NCBI GenBank assembly: GCA_965221775.1
Contig: CBDCSU010000005.1
Span: 832,001-896,000 of the forward strand
Length of the DNA: 64,000 nucleotides
Source: Candidatus Latescibacterota bacterium
GTDB taxonomy: Bacteria; Latescibacterota; UBA2968; UBA8231
Reading direction: 5' to 3'
This document shows, piece by piece, positions 8,583 through 17,691 of the stretch. The position numbers and the translations under genes are program-made. Each line of letters starts with the position of its first letter. Position 1 is the first letter of the stretch. The notes under the pieces were generated by a model that searched no databases, was not told the origin of the DNA, and saw nothing but the letters and a program-made list of their open reading frames with translations.

Positions 8583-11500
8583 TCGGCGTCTTCCGCCCCC
8601 TCCCAGCGCGGCAGCTCCGCCGCGTAGCGCCGCCGCTCCTCGTCGTCCAGGGTCCGCCAGACCAGGAACAGCTGCCGCACATCGTCGAGGAAGGCGCGCA
8701 CCACCCGCCGCCACGCCGACGGGTCGCCCTCCAGCAGCTCCAGGCGCATCTCCAGGTCGTGGAACCGCGGGTCCTGTCCCGGGCCGATCCACAGCTCGGC
8801 GCGCTGCACCACCCCCTGGTCGAAGGGGGCCAGCCAGACCCGGGCGCCCAGGCGCACCCGGTCGCCGTCGCGGCGCAGGTCGAGGGACTCCACGTAGAAC
8901 CCGGCGCCGATCGACTGCTCCCGGTGCTCGGCCCAGAACCCGGCCTGGAAGGCGGCCAGCCCCAAGGCCTCGCCGCGCGGCAGGGAGAACGGCAGCGGCA
9001 CCTCCAGGCGGTCTCCGGCAAAGCCGGCGGGCAGGCTCCAGCGGCGCTCGATGCCGGGGGTGCAGATGCGCCCCGCCAGGTGCGCGGGATAGAGGGCCGA
9101 GGCGGCCACCAGCAGCACCACCGAGCCGAGGGTGAGGACCGCCGCCAGGGAGGAGTAGTTCAACTCCAGGCCGGTCAGCCATCCCCGAGATCCGAGCAGC
9201 TGGGCCGCCGTCTGTCCGAGGAGGTACCCGGCCACGGCGCCCACCACCCCCAGGGCCACGGCCTCGGCCATGAACAGCCCGCTCACGTGGGCCGGCGCCA
9301 GGCCGACGGCGTTGAAGGTGCCGATCTCGCGGGTGCGCTCCCAGACGGCGCCGAGCATGGTGTTGAGGACGATGAGGGCGGCGATGAGCAGCGGCACCGC
9401 CAGCCCGGCCAGGCCCGAGACCGAGGCGGCGCCCACGGTGTTGATCAGCAGCCGCCGCCCCTCCAGGCCGGCGAAGAGGTTCAGGTCGAGGGTGCGGGCC
9501 AGCTCCTCCAGGTCGCGCCGGATCTCCTCGCGGCCGCCGGTCAGCCGGATGCTCACCGAGGTCAGGCTCCCCCCCTCCCAGCGTATGAGCGCCGCGAAGG
9601 GCAGGACCAGCGTCGAGTTGCCGGGCAGGTGCGCGAAGACGAGGGGCTCCCCGCTCTCACCGCCGACCTCGGCCTCGCGGGGCTGCTGGGCCTCCGGGTC
9701 CAGCGGCGTCAACGGCTCGCCGTTGAGGTCGGGGCGGTCCAGCGCCTCCCGCGAGAGCAGGCCCGCCACGCGGAAGACCTCCCCGAAGATCCGCACCCTC
9801 GCCTCCTCCAGCCCCGCGGCGCTGATCCCCAGCGAGTCGGCCAGGTTCACCGGCAGCAGGCAGGCGTCCTCCTCCCCCCGGCGCAGCCAGCGTCCGGCGG
9901 TCAGCCCCGCCCCCAGCAGCACCTCGTCGCCCGCGGCGAGACCGGCAAAGCCCTGGACCCCGACGGCCCGGTCCTCCTCCCCCTGCCGCTCGACACGGAA
10001 GGCAGCCCCCGGCGAGGAGGCCGTCATCCAGGCCCGCGGCGAGACCCGCTCCTCGCCGAACCAGTCGCGCAGCATGCGCCAGCCCTCCAGCTCCATCGTC
10101 TTCCACCCCGGCATGCGCACGAGGGCGCCGTCGTACGCGGCCCCGGGTCCGACGTCGATCCAGTTGGTGCGCAGGGAATCGCGGATGGAGGTGAAGGAGA
10201 GGACCGAGAAGGTGAGCATCACCAGGGTGGCGCAGGTCAGACCGGTGCGCCACGGCCGGCGCCGCATCTGCGCCAGGCCGACCGCTACCGAGGCCAGCAC
10301 CGCCCCCGAGCGCCGCACTCCCGCGCGCGCCCGCCGCCCCCCGGCCAGTTCGCGCAGCTCGCGGTTGAGCCGCCCCACGCCGAGAGCGGCCACCAGGATC
10401 CCGAGGGAGAGGGTGACGAACCCCAGGAGGATGATCACCGGCGAGATCGACAGCTCGAAGGCCGGGTGCAGGTAGCGCAGGGCGACGAAGCCCAGCAGGA
10501 AGAGGGCGAAGTAGCCCGCCACCTGGCGGCGCAGACCGACGAAGCCGAAGACCAGGCGCTCGGCGAAGTGGGCGAAGGGGATGAGCGCCGCCAGCAGGAA
10601 GAGGGCGCCCTGCACGACGCCGGAGCGCGTGCCCTCGACCTCGCGGTAGGCCGCCGCCGCCAGGGCCCAGGCGCGGCGGGCGCGGTCGACGAACTCGCGG
10701 TGCCGCCGGTCGAGGCGGGCCACCCCGGCTTCCTCGAGAAGCTCGCCGGAGCGCTCGTGGAAGGCGGCGAGCCGGGCGTTGCGCACCCCGTGTCGCAGCA
10801 GGCCCTCGATGCGCTCGCCGTTGAGGCCGTGCATGTCGGCGGCCACCCGGTGGGCCGTCTCCGGCAGCCGTCCCAGCTCAGCGGCGTACCCCGCGCCGCC
10901 GGGGGTCTCCGGCGAGCCGTTGACCAGCAGCAGCCGGCGCCCCAGGCCGTAGCGGCCGGTGGACATGACCGCCTTGAAGCGCGTCCCCGGCGGCGCGAAG
11001 AGCACGCCCACCGGCTCGGTCCAGGAGCCGACGCGGTTGCGGTAACCGAAGAGCTCCATCTCCGGCGCCGTCAGGGGCAGGCAGGCGCCGAAGACCGGGG
11101 GCTCGGCCTCCAGGGCCGCGTCGATCACCCGCAGCCGCTCGGGGGTGATCAGGTTGCGCGGGTCGAAGAGGGAGAACAGGGCCGTCCCGCGGAGCGGTGC
11201 GGTGACGATCTGCACCTCCTCCTCCTCGCCGTCCATGGTCACGGTGAGGGCCCGCCGCGGCAGCCGGCGCTCGCCGTTGACGCCCCAGTCGGGGGCCTGG
11301 GTCACGGCTCCCGTCTCCGCGTCCAGCCCGTAGGCCTCCAGGCGCACCGGCTGGGTGTAGATGATGCCCGACTCCAGCCCCGGAATGCGGTAGCGGCCCG
11401 AGTCGCCGGCCACCGCCCAGAAGTCGGGCCGCACCCCGGCCAGGGTCGGCTGCCGCAGGCGCACCCGCACCAGGGCCCCGGCCGTGGGCTGGTCGGGCAG

Positions 11501-12976
11501 GTAGCTGCGGGGGCCGTAGTGGACGACCTCGCCGTGGACGGTGCCGAAGGCGTCGTCGCCCCAGGGCCAGTCGGGGAGTTGCGGGTCCCCGGCCAGGCCC
11601 TCCAGCAGGTGGGCGAGCAGGTCCACCTGCCGCGCCAGCCCGGCCCAGTCCACCTGCTCAGGCAGGTCCGTGGGCGAGTCGAACCCGGCGCGGCTGTCGT
11701 TGACGGTGACGAAGCTCAGGGACGGGCAGCCGGCGAGGGCGGCGACGGAGGCGTCGAGGGGCACGGTCAGCGCCAGGCCGCCGAGACCCTGGCGGGACAG
11801 GTCCGGCTTGAGCCCGTTCACCAGCAGGGGCGCGCCCCCCGCGGCCGAGTCCTCGTACACGGTGGCCAGCTCCAGGACCCGCGCGGTGACCGGGGGCACC
11901 AGCAGCGAGGTGCGGTAGGGGTCCCGCGGCCGGAACACCCCCAGGCGGGAGCTGCGCGCCGACAGGTCGAGGCCGGCGAGGAAGCGCAGGTCGAGGCCGG
12001 AGAGCCGCCGCAGCAGGGGCGAGTCCTCCGTCGGGTCCTCGCGCCGGCCGGCGGCCTGCAGCAGCAGGGGCGTGAAGTGGCGCATGCCGGCCATGCCCTG
12101 GAAGTGGCCCGCCGTCCACAGGAGCACCAACGTGCGCGCCGGCGGTCGTGCCGCCAGGCGCCGGGCCAGCTCCAGCAGGGCCGCGGCGCTGGAGGCTTGC
12201 TCCGCCCCCGGAGCCAGGGCCGGCACCGGCGAGACGGCGTCGTAGTACGCGGTGAGCAGGACCGCCTCCCCGCGCAGCGCCGGGTCCCGCCCCTCGACGA
12301 CGGCCACCAGGTTCCGGCCGGTGGCCTGGCGCCAGGTCATGCGGCCGGAGAGGCGGACCTGCGCTCCCTCGCGGGCGAGCTGCCGGAGGCGGTCGGCCTC
12401 GGGCGCCGGCGCGTAGAGCCGCGGCAGATCGGCGGGCACATCGAGGAACTTCAGCTCCGCCTCCTTGCGGTGGGCCCCCGCCGACTCCAGGAACACCACG
12501 GCCGCCGCCCCCAGGTCGAAGGCGTCGACCCAGGCGCGGCCGGATTCGTAGTCGAGCAGGACGATGCGCCCGGCCACCGGCTGGCCTTCGAGGCCGCGGC
12601 CGTCTCCGCCGTCGACCAGAGGACCTTCCAGGCCGCCGGGAGGCAGGGTCGGCGTCCGCGCCAGGTTGGGCCACACGCCGAAGAGCCTCAGCGACTCGCC
12701 ACCGGCCTGGAGGTGGAACCCCTCGTCCACCGGCACGGGCACGGGGAACTCGTGGCGGTAGATCTCGGCGATGCCCATGGTCTCCAGCTCGGCGGTGAGC
12801 CAGTCGGCGGCCTCGGCGATCCCGGGATAGCCGGTCATCCGCGACTCGGGGGCGGAGAGGGCGGTGACGGTGCGGCGGAGGCTTTCCTCCAACTCCGGGG
12901 AGGGGTCCGCGGGGGACGGGGCGACCAGCAGGAGGGGGAGCAGGAGCGGGGGGAGGGCGGAGGTCCAGGGTTGCAT
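8561..12976 (-). CDS. Large fusion: signal peptide, PA/M28-peptidase-like periplasmic domain, membrane segment, MacB-like periplasmic core and FtsX permease domain
   Basis: 1471 aa; N-terminal signal; AYYDAVS..GAEQASS (M28-like); RRPWRTGLTCATL and MLGAVWERTREIGTFNAVGL..FMAEA (FtsX/MacB permease). Confidence 0.8.
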   Translation of the reverse strand: MQPWTSALPPLLLPLLLVAPSPADPSPELEESLRRTVTALSAPESRMTGYPGIAEAADWLTAELETMGIAEIYRHEFPVPVPVDEGFHLQAGGESLRLFGVWPNLARTPTLPPGGLEGPLVDGGDGRGLEGQPVAGRIVLLDYESGRAWVDAFDLGAAAVVFLESAGAHRKEAELKFLDVPADLPRLYAPAPEADRLRQLAREGAQVRLSGRMTWRQATGRNLVAVVEGRDPALRGEAVLLTAYYDAVSPVPALAPGAEQASSAAALLELARRLAARPPARTLVLLWTAGHFQGMAGMRHFTPLLLQAAGRREDPTEDSPLLRRLSGLDLRFLAGLDLSARSSRLGVFRPRDPYRTSLLVPPVTARVLELATVYEDSAAGGAPLLVNGLKPDLSRQGLGGLALTVPLDASVAALAGCPSLSFVTVNDSRAGFDSPTDLPEQVDWAGLARQVDLLAHLLEGLAGDPQLPDWPWGDDAFGTVHGEVVHYGPRSYLPDQPTAGALVRVRLRQPTLAGVRPDFWAVAGDSGRYRIPGLESGIIYTQPVRLEAYGLDAETGAVTQAPDWGVNGERRLPRRALTVTMDGEEEEVQIVTAPLRGTALFSLFDPRNLITPERLRVIDAALEAEPPVFGACLPLTAPEMELFGYRNRVGSWTEPVGVLFAPPGTRFKAVMSTGRYGLGRRLLLVNGSPETPGGAGYAAELGRLPETAHRVAADMHGLNGERIEGLLRHGVRNARLAAFHERSGELLEEAGVARLDRRHREFVDRARRAWALAAAAYREVEGTRSGVVQGALFLLAALIPFAHFAERLVFGFVGLRRQVAGYFALFLLGFVALRYLHPAFELSISPVIILLGFVTLSLGILVAALGVGRLNRELRELAGGRRARAGVRRSGAVLASVAVGLAQMRRRPWRTGLTCATLVMLTFSVLSFTSIRDSLRTNWIDVGPGAAYDGALVRMPGWKTMELEGWRMLRDWFGEERVSPRAWMTASSPGAAFRVERQGEEDRAVGVQGFAGLAAGDEVLLGAGLTAGRWLRRGEEDACLLPVNLADSLGISAAGLEEARVRIFGEVFRVAGLLSREALDRPDLNGEPLTPLDPEAQQPREAEVGGESGEPLVFAHLPGNSTLVLPFAALIRWEGGSLTSVSIRLTGGREEIRRDLEELARTLDLNLFAGLEGRRLLINTVGAASVSGLAGLAVPLLIAALIVLNTMLGAVWERTREIGTFNAVGLAPAHVSGLFMAEAVALGVVGAVAGYLLGQTAAQLLGSRGWLTGLELNYSSLAAVLTLGSVVLLVAASALYPAHLAGRICTPGIERRWSLPAGFAGDRLEVPLPFSLPRGEALGLAAFQAGFWAEHREQSIGAGFYVESLDLRRDGDRVRLGARVWLAPFDQGVVQRAELWIGPGQDPRFHDLEMRLELLEGDPSAWRRVVRAFLDDVRQLFLVWRTLDDEERRRYAAELPRWEGAEDAEPEAAPA

Positions 12977-13132
12977 GGGAAGTAGGTACAGCTATACCTG
13001 TCGTCTCGTGGCTATACTTGTACGATCGTAGTCTAAGCGAAACACGGCCTGCCTCGGGAACAGGGCGACACTCGGAGAGACGACCGGTGTGCGATGACCA
13101 GCAGTAGCGGGATCACCGGCCAGGACGCCCTC

Positions 13133-14680
13133 ATGCGCAGACGCAGACTCCCCATCGGCATTCAGACCTTCCGCGAGATCCGCGAGCAGGACTGCTATTA
13201 CGTCGACAAGACCACCTTCATCCGGCGGCTTCTCGACGAGGGCAAGCACTACTTCCTGTCGCGGCCTCGGCGCTTCGGCAAGAGCCTGTTCCTCGACACC
13301 TGCAAGGAACTGTTCGAGGGCAACAAGACCCTCTTCGAGGGGCTGCACATCCACGATCACTGGGACTGGTCCCTTCGTCACCCCGTCCTGCGCCTGAGCT
13401 TCGGTGGCGGCAACTTCACGGAGCCGGGCTCCCTGCAGGACAACCTGATGGATCAGTTGACCGCCATCGAGCGCCGGGAGGGGCTGGTTTCCGAGTACGC
13501 CACGGCGCCCCGGCGTCTCGCCTCTCTGCTGGAGGCCCTGCACGCCCAGGCCGGACAACCGGCGGCGGTGCTGATCGACGAGTACGACAAGCCGATCCTC
13601 GACGCCCTGGAGACGCCGGAAGTCGCCCGGGCCAACCGCGACTTCCTCCGCGGCCTCTACTCGACGATCAAGGACAGCGACGCCGACATCCGCTTCAGCT
13701 TCATGACCGGCGTGAGCATGCTCTCCAAAGTGAGCCTGTTCTCCGGGCTCAACAACCTCATCGACATCACCCTCGACTCGAAATACTCGGCTATCTGTGG
13801 CTATACCGAGGGGGATCTGGATGACGTGTTCGCGCCGGAGCTCCCGGACCTCGACCGGGACGAAATCCGCGCCTGGTACAACGGCTACAGCTGGCTCGGC
13901 GAGGAGAAGGTCTACAACCCCTTCGACATTCTGCTGCTGTTTCGCAACCGCGAGTTCGAGGCATGGTGGTTCGAGACCGGCACGCCGGCGTTCCTGGTCG
14001 AGACCCTTTTCAAGCGCCGGGTGAGTTCCCTGTCCCTGGACAACATGCTGGGCAGCAGCGATCTGCTGTCGACCTTCGACGTCGATCACATCGCGACGGA
14101 GGCGCTGCTGTTTCAGACCGGCTACCTCACGATTCGCCGCACCGAGCGGCGCAGGACAAGGACATACTACCGGCTGGGCTACCCGAACCTGGAGGTACGG
14201 CAAAGCCTGAACGAGAGCCTGCTGAAGCACCTGACGGGAAACCCGCAGCAGGAGGTGGAGCACAGCGCCGAGCTCCACGACTTGCTGCTCGCCAACGACT
14301 TCGCCGGGCTGGAAGCCCTGTTCCACGCCTTCTTCGCCAGCATCCCCTACGAGTGGTACACCAGCAACGACATCGCCAACTACGAGGGCTACTACGCCAG
14401 CGTGTTCTACTCGTACTTCGCGGCCGTGGGCCTGGACATCACCGTCGAAGACAGCAGCAGCCACGGCCGCCTGGACATGGCGGTCCGCTTCAACGGCAAC
14501 GTCTACCTCTTCGAGTTCAAGGTGGTCGAGATGGCGCCCGAAGGCGCGGCCATGGCGCAGTTGAAGGAGCGGCGCTATGCCGACAAGTACCGGGGCCTGG
14601 GCGAGCCGATTCACCTCGTCGCCGTGGAGTTCAGCAGAGATACCCGCAACCTGACGGCCTTCGACGTCGAGCGGGCCTGA
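13133..14680 (+). CDS. AAA-ATPase-like protein with C-terminal PD-(D/E)XK nuclease domain
   Basis: RLPIGIQTF, YYVDKT, LSRPRRFGKSL (Walker A), LIDEYDKP (Walker B), GRLDM..YLFEFK..QL..RRY; alternative start 13094. Confidence 0.9.
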   Translation: MRRRRLPIGIQTFREIREQDCYYVDKTTFIRRLLDEGKHYFLSRPRRFGKSLFLDTCKELFEGNKTLFEGLHIHDHWDWSLRHPVLRLSFGGGNFTEPGSLQDNLMDQLTAIERREGLVSEYATAPRRLASLLEALHAQAGQPAAVLIDEYDKPILDALETPEVARANRDFLRGLYSTIKDSDADIRFSFMTGVSMLSKVSLFSGLNNLIDITLDSKYSAICGYTEGDLDDVFAPELPDLDRDEIRAWYNGYSWLGEEKVYNPFDILLLFRNREFEAWWFETGTPAFLVETLFKRRVSSLSLDNMLGSSDLLSTFDVDHIATEALLFQTGYLTIRRTERRRTRTYYRLGYPNLEVRQSLNESLLKHLTGNPQQEVEHSAELHDLLLANDFAGLEALFHAFFASIPYEWYTSNDIANYEGYYASVFYSYFAAVGLDITVEDSSSHGRLDMAVRFNGNVYLFEFKVVEMAPEGAAMAQLKERRYADKYRGLGEPIHLVAVEFSRDTRNLTAFDVERA

Positions 14681-14700
14681 GGACCCGGGGATCACTCAGC

Positions 14701-14759
14701 CGGCCTGAACACTCCCAGGCGCGAGCTGCGCGCCGACAGGTCCCGGCCGGCGGCCTGCA
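14701..14759 (-). pseudogene. Decayed fragment homologous to the M28-FtsX fusion gene
   Basis: 14701-14742 matches 11927-11968 at 39/42 nt; 14743-14759 is identical to 12044-12060. Confidence 0.7.
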
Positions 14760-14850
14760 CTGCCGTCGCGCCTCCTCCAGGTGAACCTCGGCGATTGCCT
14801 CACTCTGAGAAGAAATTAACTTGAGTTGAACTTGAAGGGGGGGGATCGCA

Positions 14851-15120
14851 ATGCCAGAGATCATCAGTGCCAAGCAACTCCGAGAGCGCCTGCAGGAAGT
14901 GGTAATGAAAGTTCGGCACGGGGAGCGATTCACCGTTCTCTACCGCAGTCGTCCCGCCTTCGACATTGTCCCGGTTGGGAGTCCACCGACCGACAAGACG
15001 CCCCTGGAATCGGATTCGCTCTACCAGGCGCCAGCCGTCGGTGCGTCGGGGTCGGGGGATGCCGCCGCCCGTCATGACGAGATCCTGACGTTGGACCACC
15101 ACTTCCGCCAGGATCACTGA
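14851..15120 (+). CDS. Phd/YefM-family antitoxin, apparently fused to the last residues of a deleted PIN/VapC toxin
   Basis: IISAKQLRERLQEVVMKVRHGERFTVLYRSRPAFDIVP; ends DAAARHDEIL-TLDHHFRQDH. Confidence 0.7.
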   Translation: MPEIISAKQLRERLQEVVMKVRHGERFTVLYRSRPAFDIVPVGSPPTDKTPLESDSLYQAPAVGASGSGDAAARHDEILTLDHHFRQDH

Positions 15121-15187
15121 ATCGGGGACGCCGTGAGCGGCGGACAGACCTCCGGCCGGCCCGTGCCCGAAGACGTCCTCGCGCCCT

Positions 15188-15601
15188 TCACTCAGCCGGC
15201 TGCTTCGCCTCCAGCGCGTAGAGCGGAACGCCGCCCAGATGACGCCCGTCCACCCTCACGACGAACTCGTACGCTCCTGCCTTCGGCAAAGGCAGGTTCT
15301 GGATGTTCATGACCGCCTCGGCGAAGGGGGGCTGGCCCTGGAGCAGGCTCGCCTTGTCGAGCCGGAACTCCGCCTTCACCGGCTTTCCGACGGGCTTGTA
15401 GTCGGCGTCGACGAAGACCAGCTCGATCTCGTGCGAACCGGTCTCCGAAGCGTCTCCCTCGATCCGGACGAGCAGGGAGAGACTGGGATGGAGGCAGGGG
15501 AACTTCCCGGCGTGGATCGCCTGGAAGGTCCCGATGATGTTCTTCTTGCCCTGCGGCCCCGGAGCCACCGAGTCGGCCAGCAGGCCGTATCTGAGATTCA
15601 T
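15188..15601 (-). CDS. Small beta-sandwich hypothetical protein (DUF6941-like)
   Basis: LLADSV..GKKNIIGTF..FPCLHP..LPLPKAGAYEFVVRVDG pattern. Confidence 0.65.
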   Translation of the reverse strand: MNLRYGLLADSVAPGPQGKKNIIGTFQAIHAGKFPCLHPSLSLLVRIEGDASETGSHEIELVFVDADYKPVGKPVKAEFRLDKASLLQGQPPFAEAVMNIQNLPLPKAGAYEFVVRVDGRHLGGVPLYALEAKQPAE

Positions 15602-15633
15602 GACCGGTTCCCGCGATGTCGGGGAGGAGCGAC

Positions 15634-17220
15634 ATGACGGACCATCGAGGATCGGCAGGCGCCGCGCAAGGCCCCCGCATGATCAGCAACGACGACGGCT
15701 GGCTGGTATCCAACGGCGACGTGGAGGCCACGCCGGAGGCGATCCAGGAGCACATGGTCGGCACCTACGCGGGCTCCCCCGTCGACGCCGTGAGCTGGTG
15801 CGTGGGCAACCGCGAGGTATACAACCACGAGACCGAGGTGGGCGAGCGCTTCGGCGAGGGCCGGGACGATCTGGAGGGGCCGGACGCGGTGCGCAAGGCC
15901 AACCGCGAGCGGCTCATCGAGGCCGCCGGAGGCCCCCTCACCGAGATCACCCGCCAGTTCCACGAGGCGGGGATGGGGCTGCTGGCCTCGGTGCGCATGA
16001 ACAGCCACTACGTGGCCGAGTACGCGTCGCCGGGGTTCGGCGAGTTCCGCCGGCGCCACGCCGACTGCCTCATCGGCCGGCCCGACGAGCACATCCCCGC
16101 CCCGAGCGTGGAGCACGCCATCCACCGCGGCGTCGACTACCGGTTCCCGGCCGTGCGCGAGCACATGGAGGACGTCGTCTGCGAGCTGTTCGAGCGCTTC
16201 GACGTGGACGGCGTCGAGCTCGACTACATGCGCCACCCGGCCTTCTTCCGGGTCGACGAGGGCCTGGCCTGCGGCTACCTGATGACCGACTTCCTGCGCC
16301 GCATCCGCCGCCGCCTCGACACCGAGTCGTCCCGCCGCGGCCGGCCGGTGGAGCTGCTGGTGCGGGTCCCCCCGAGCCTGGCCGACTCCCGCCGCCTCGG
16401 CCTGGACGCGGAGCGCTGGATCGGCGACGGCCTCGTCGACTCGGTGGTGGCCGGGGGCGGGTTCACCCCCTTCGAGATGCCCATCCACGAGTTCGTCGCC
16501 GCCGCCGAGGGCACGGACTGCCGCGTCTACGGCAGCCTGGAGGCCCTGCGACCGTGCGTCGACGAGCGCGTGCTGCGGGCCCTGGCGGCGCGCTACTGGG
16601 ACGCCGGCGTCGACGGCCTCTACCTGTTCAACTACTACAGCGCCAGCCAGGAGTGGAAGCAGCGCGTCCTCGGCGAGCTCGCCGACCGCGAGGGGCTGCG
16701 GCGGCGCGGCAAGCGCTACCAGCTCGACCACTGCCTCGGCGGCAAGGAGGGGCACGGCGGCGCCTTCAACCACGCCCACCCTCTGCTGTCGCTGCCCGTC
16801 GTCCTGGAGGAGACCCTGCCCGGCGGCGGCGGCGAGCTGACCCTGGAGATCACCGACGACGCCGAGGCCGCTTCGGCCGCCGGCGAGCTGGACCGCTGTG
16901 TCCTCGGCCTCGGGCTGGATGGGCTGGCCGAGGGCGACGCGCTGGAGGTCGAGTGGAACGGGCGGCTGCTGCCGTGGCCGGAGGCCCGCGTCTCCCGCGA
17001 CGGCTGGCCCGTGGCGGTCTTCGCCGGCGGCCCCTTCGAGACGACGGTCGGTTCCGTCACCGAGGCGGGCACCCTCGTCGAGCTGGACGCCGGGAAGCCC
17101 CTCCCGCGCCGGGGCGAGAACCGGCTGCGCGTCCGGCTGGTGAAGAGACCCGACTCCCCGCGGCGGTCCGTGGTGCTCAAGGCGGTCTACCTCGATGTCG
17201 AATACCGCGAGAAGGCGTGA
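15634..17220 (+). CDS. Glycoside-hydrolase-like TIM-barrel protein (GHL10-like)
   Basis: SD GGAGG then ATG; NDDG, ASVRMN, DYRFPAVRE, FDVDGVELDYMRHP, GVDGLYLFNY motifs. Confidence 0.7.
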   Translation: MTDHRGSAGAAQGPRMISNDDGWLVSNGDVEATPEAIQEHMVGTYAGSPVDAVSWCVGNREVYNHETEVGERFGEGRDDLEGPDAVRKANRERLIEAAGGPLTEITRQFHEAGMGLLASVRMNSHYVAEYASPGFGEFRRRHADCLIGRPDEHIPAPSVEHAIHRGVDYRFPAVREHMEDVVCELFERFDVDGVELDYMRHPAFFRVDEGLACGYLMTDFLRRIRRRLDTESSRRGRPVELLVRVPPSLADSRRLGLDAERWIGDGLVDSVVAGGGFTPFEMPIHEFVAAAEGTDCRVYGSLEALRPCVDERVLRALAARYWDAGVDGLYLFNYYSASQEWKQRVLGELADREGLRRRGKRYQLDHCLGGKEGHGGAFNHAHPLLSLPVVLEETLPGGGGELTLEITDDAEAASAAGELDRCVLGLGLDGLAEGDALEVEWNGRLLPWPEARVSRDGWPVAVFAGGPFETTVGSVTEAGTLVELDAGKPLPRRGENRLRVRLVKRPDSPRRSVVLKAVYLDVEYREKA

Positions 17221-17232
17221 CGGATCCGCCCG

Positions 17233-17262
17233 TTGACAGGGAGCGAAAGCGCCGGGTACATT
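17233..17262 (+). promoter_or_regulatory. sigma70 promoter of ssrA
   Basis: TTGACA-18nt-TACATT about 30 nt upstream of the tmRNA 5' end. Confidence 0.65.
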
Positions 17263-17293
17263 CGCCGAAAGCGAACGGATGTTCCGGCTTCGT

Positions 17294-17659
17294 GGGGGCG
17301 ACTTGGCTTCGACGGGGGTGGAGAATTCGAGAGCGCGTGCCGAGGTCCCCGACAACCTCGTTAATCCTCGGGAACTCTTTCAAACGCCGACGATAACTCG
17401 TACGCGTTGGCCGCCTGAGCAATCAGGTAGCCCGTCGGGGCCGGTGGAGCCTGCGCCGCCGGTCTCGACGACATCTCAGCAGGCTGGTCGGCGGCGCCCG
17501 TCCCTGCGCCGCCGGCGAGACCTTCGGGACTGGTCCTATCCGGATCCTGTCGATCGGAACCGGTGTGGACGAGACGGCAACAGAGTAGATCGACTACGCA
17601 CGTAGGGGTCTCGAAGGACTCACTTTCGGACGCGGGTTCGATTCCCGCCGCCTCCACCA
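17294..17659 (+). ncRNA. ssrA: tmRNA (transfer-messenger RNA); tag reading frame 17386-17418 (A)ADDNSYALAA*
   Basis: 5' GGGGGCGAC..GGCTTCGAC, 3' GACGCGGGTTCGATTCCCGCCGCCTCCACCA; acceptor stem with G-U pair, T-loop, internal tag ending ALAA-stop. Confidence 0.97.
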
Positions 17660-17691
17660 GACAACCAATGCAGTGGACAGAAGAAGTAGCT

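Noticed and set aside
8759-12985. 1408-aa plus-strand ORF and many similar long Arg/Gly/Pro-rich ORFs (e.g. 34431..38057, 27588..30065, 12992..14695)
   Set aside because: Antisense or frame shadows of recognisable genes; low-complexity translation with no motifs
13133-14680. AAA ATPase as the energiser of the adjacent FtsX-type permease
   Set aside because: It is divergently transcribed and belongs to the AAA/PD-(D/E)XK family, with no ABC signature (LSGGQ)
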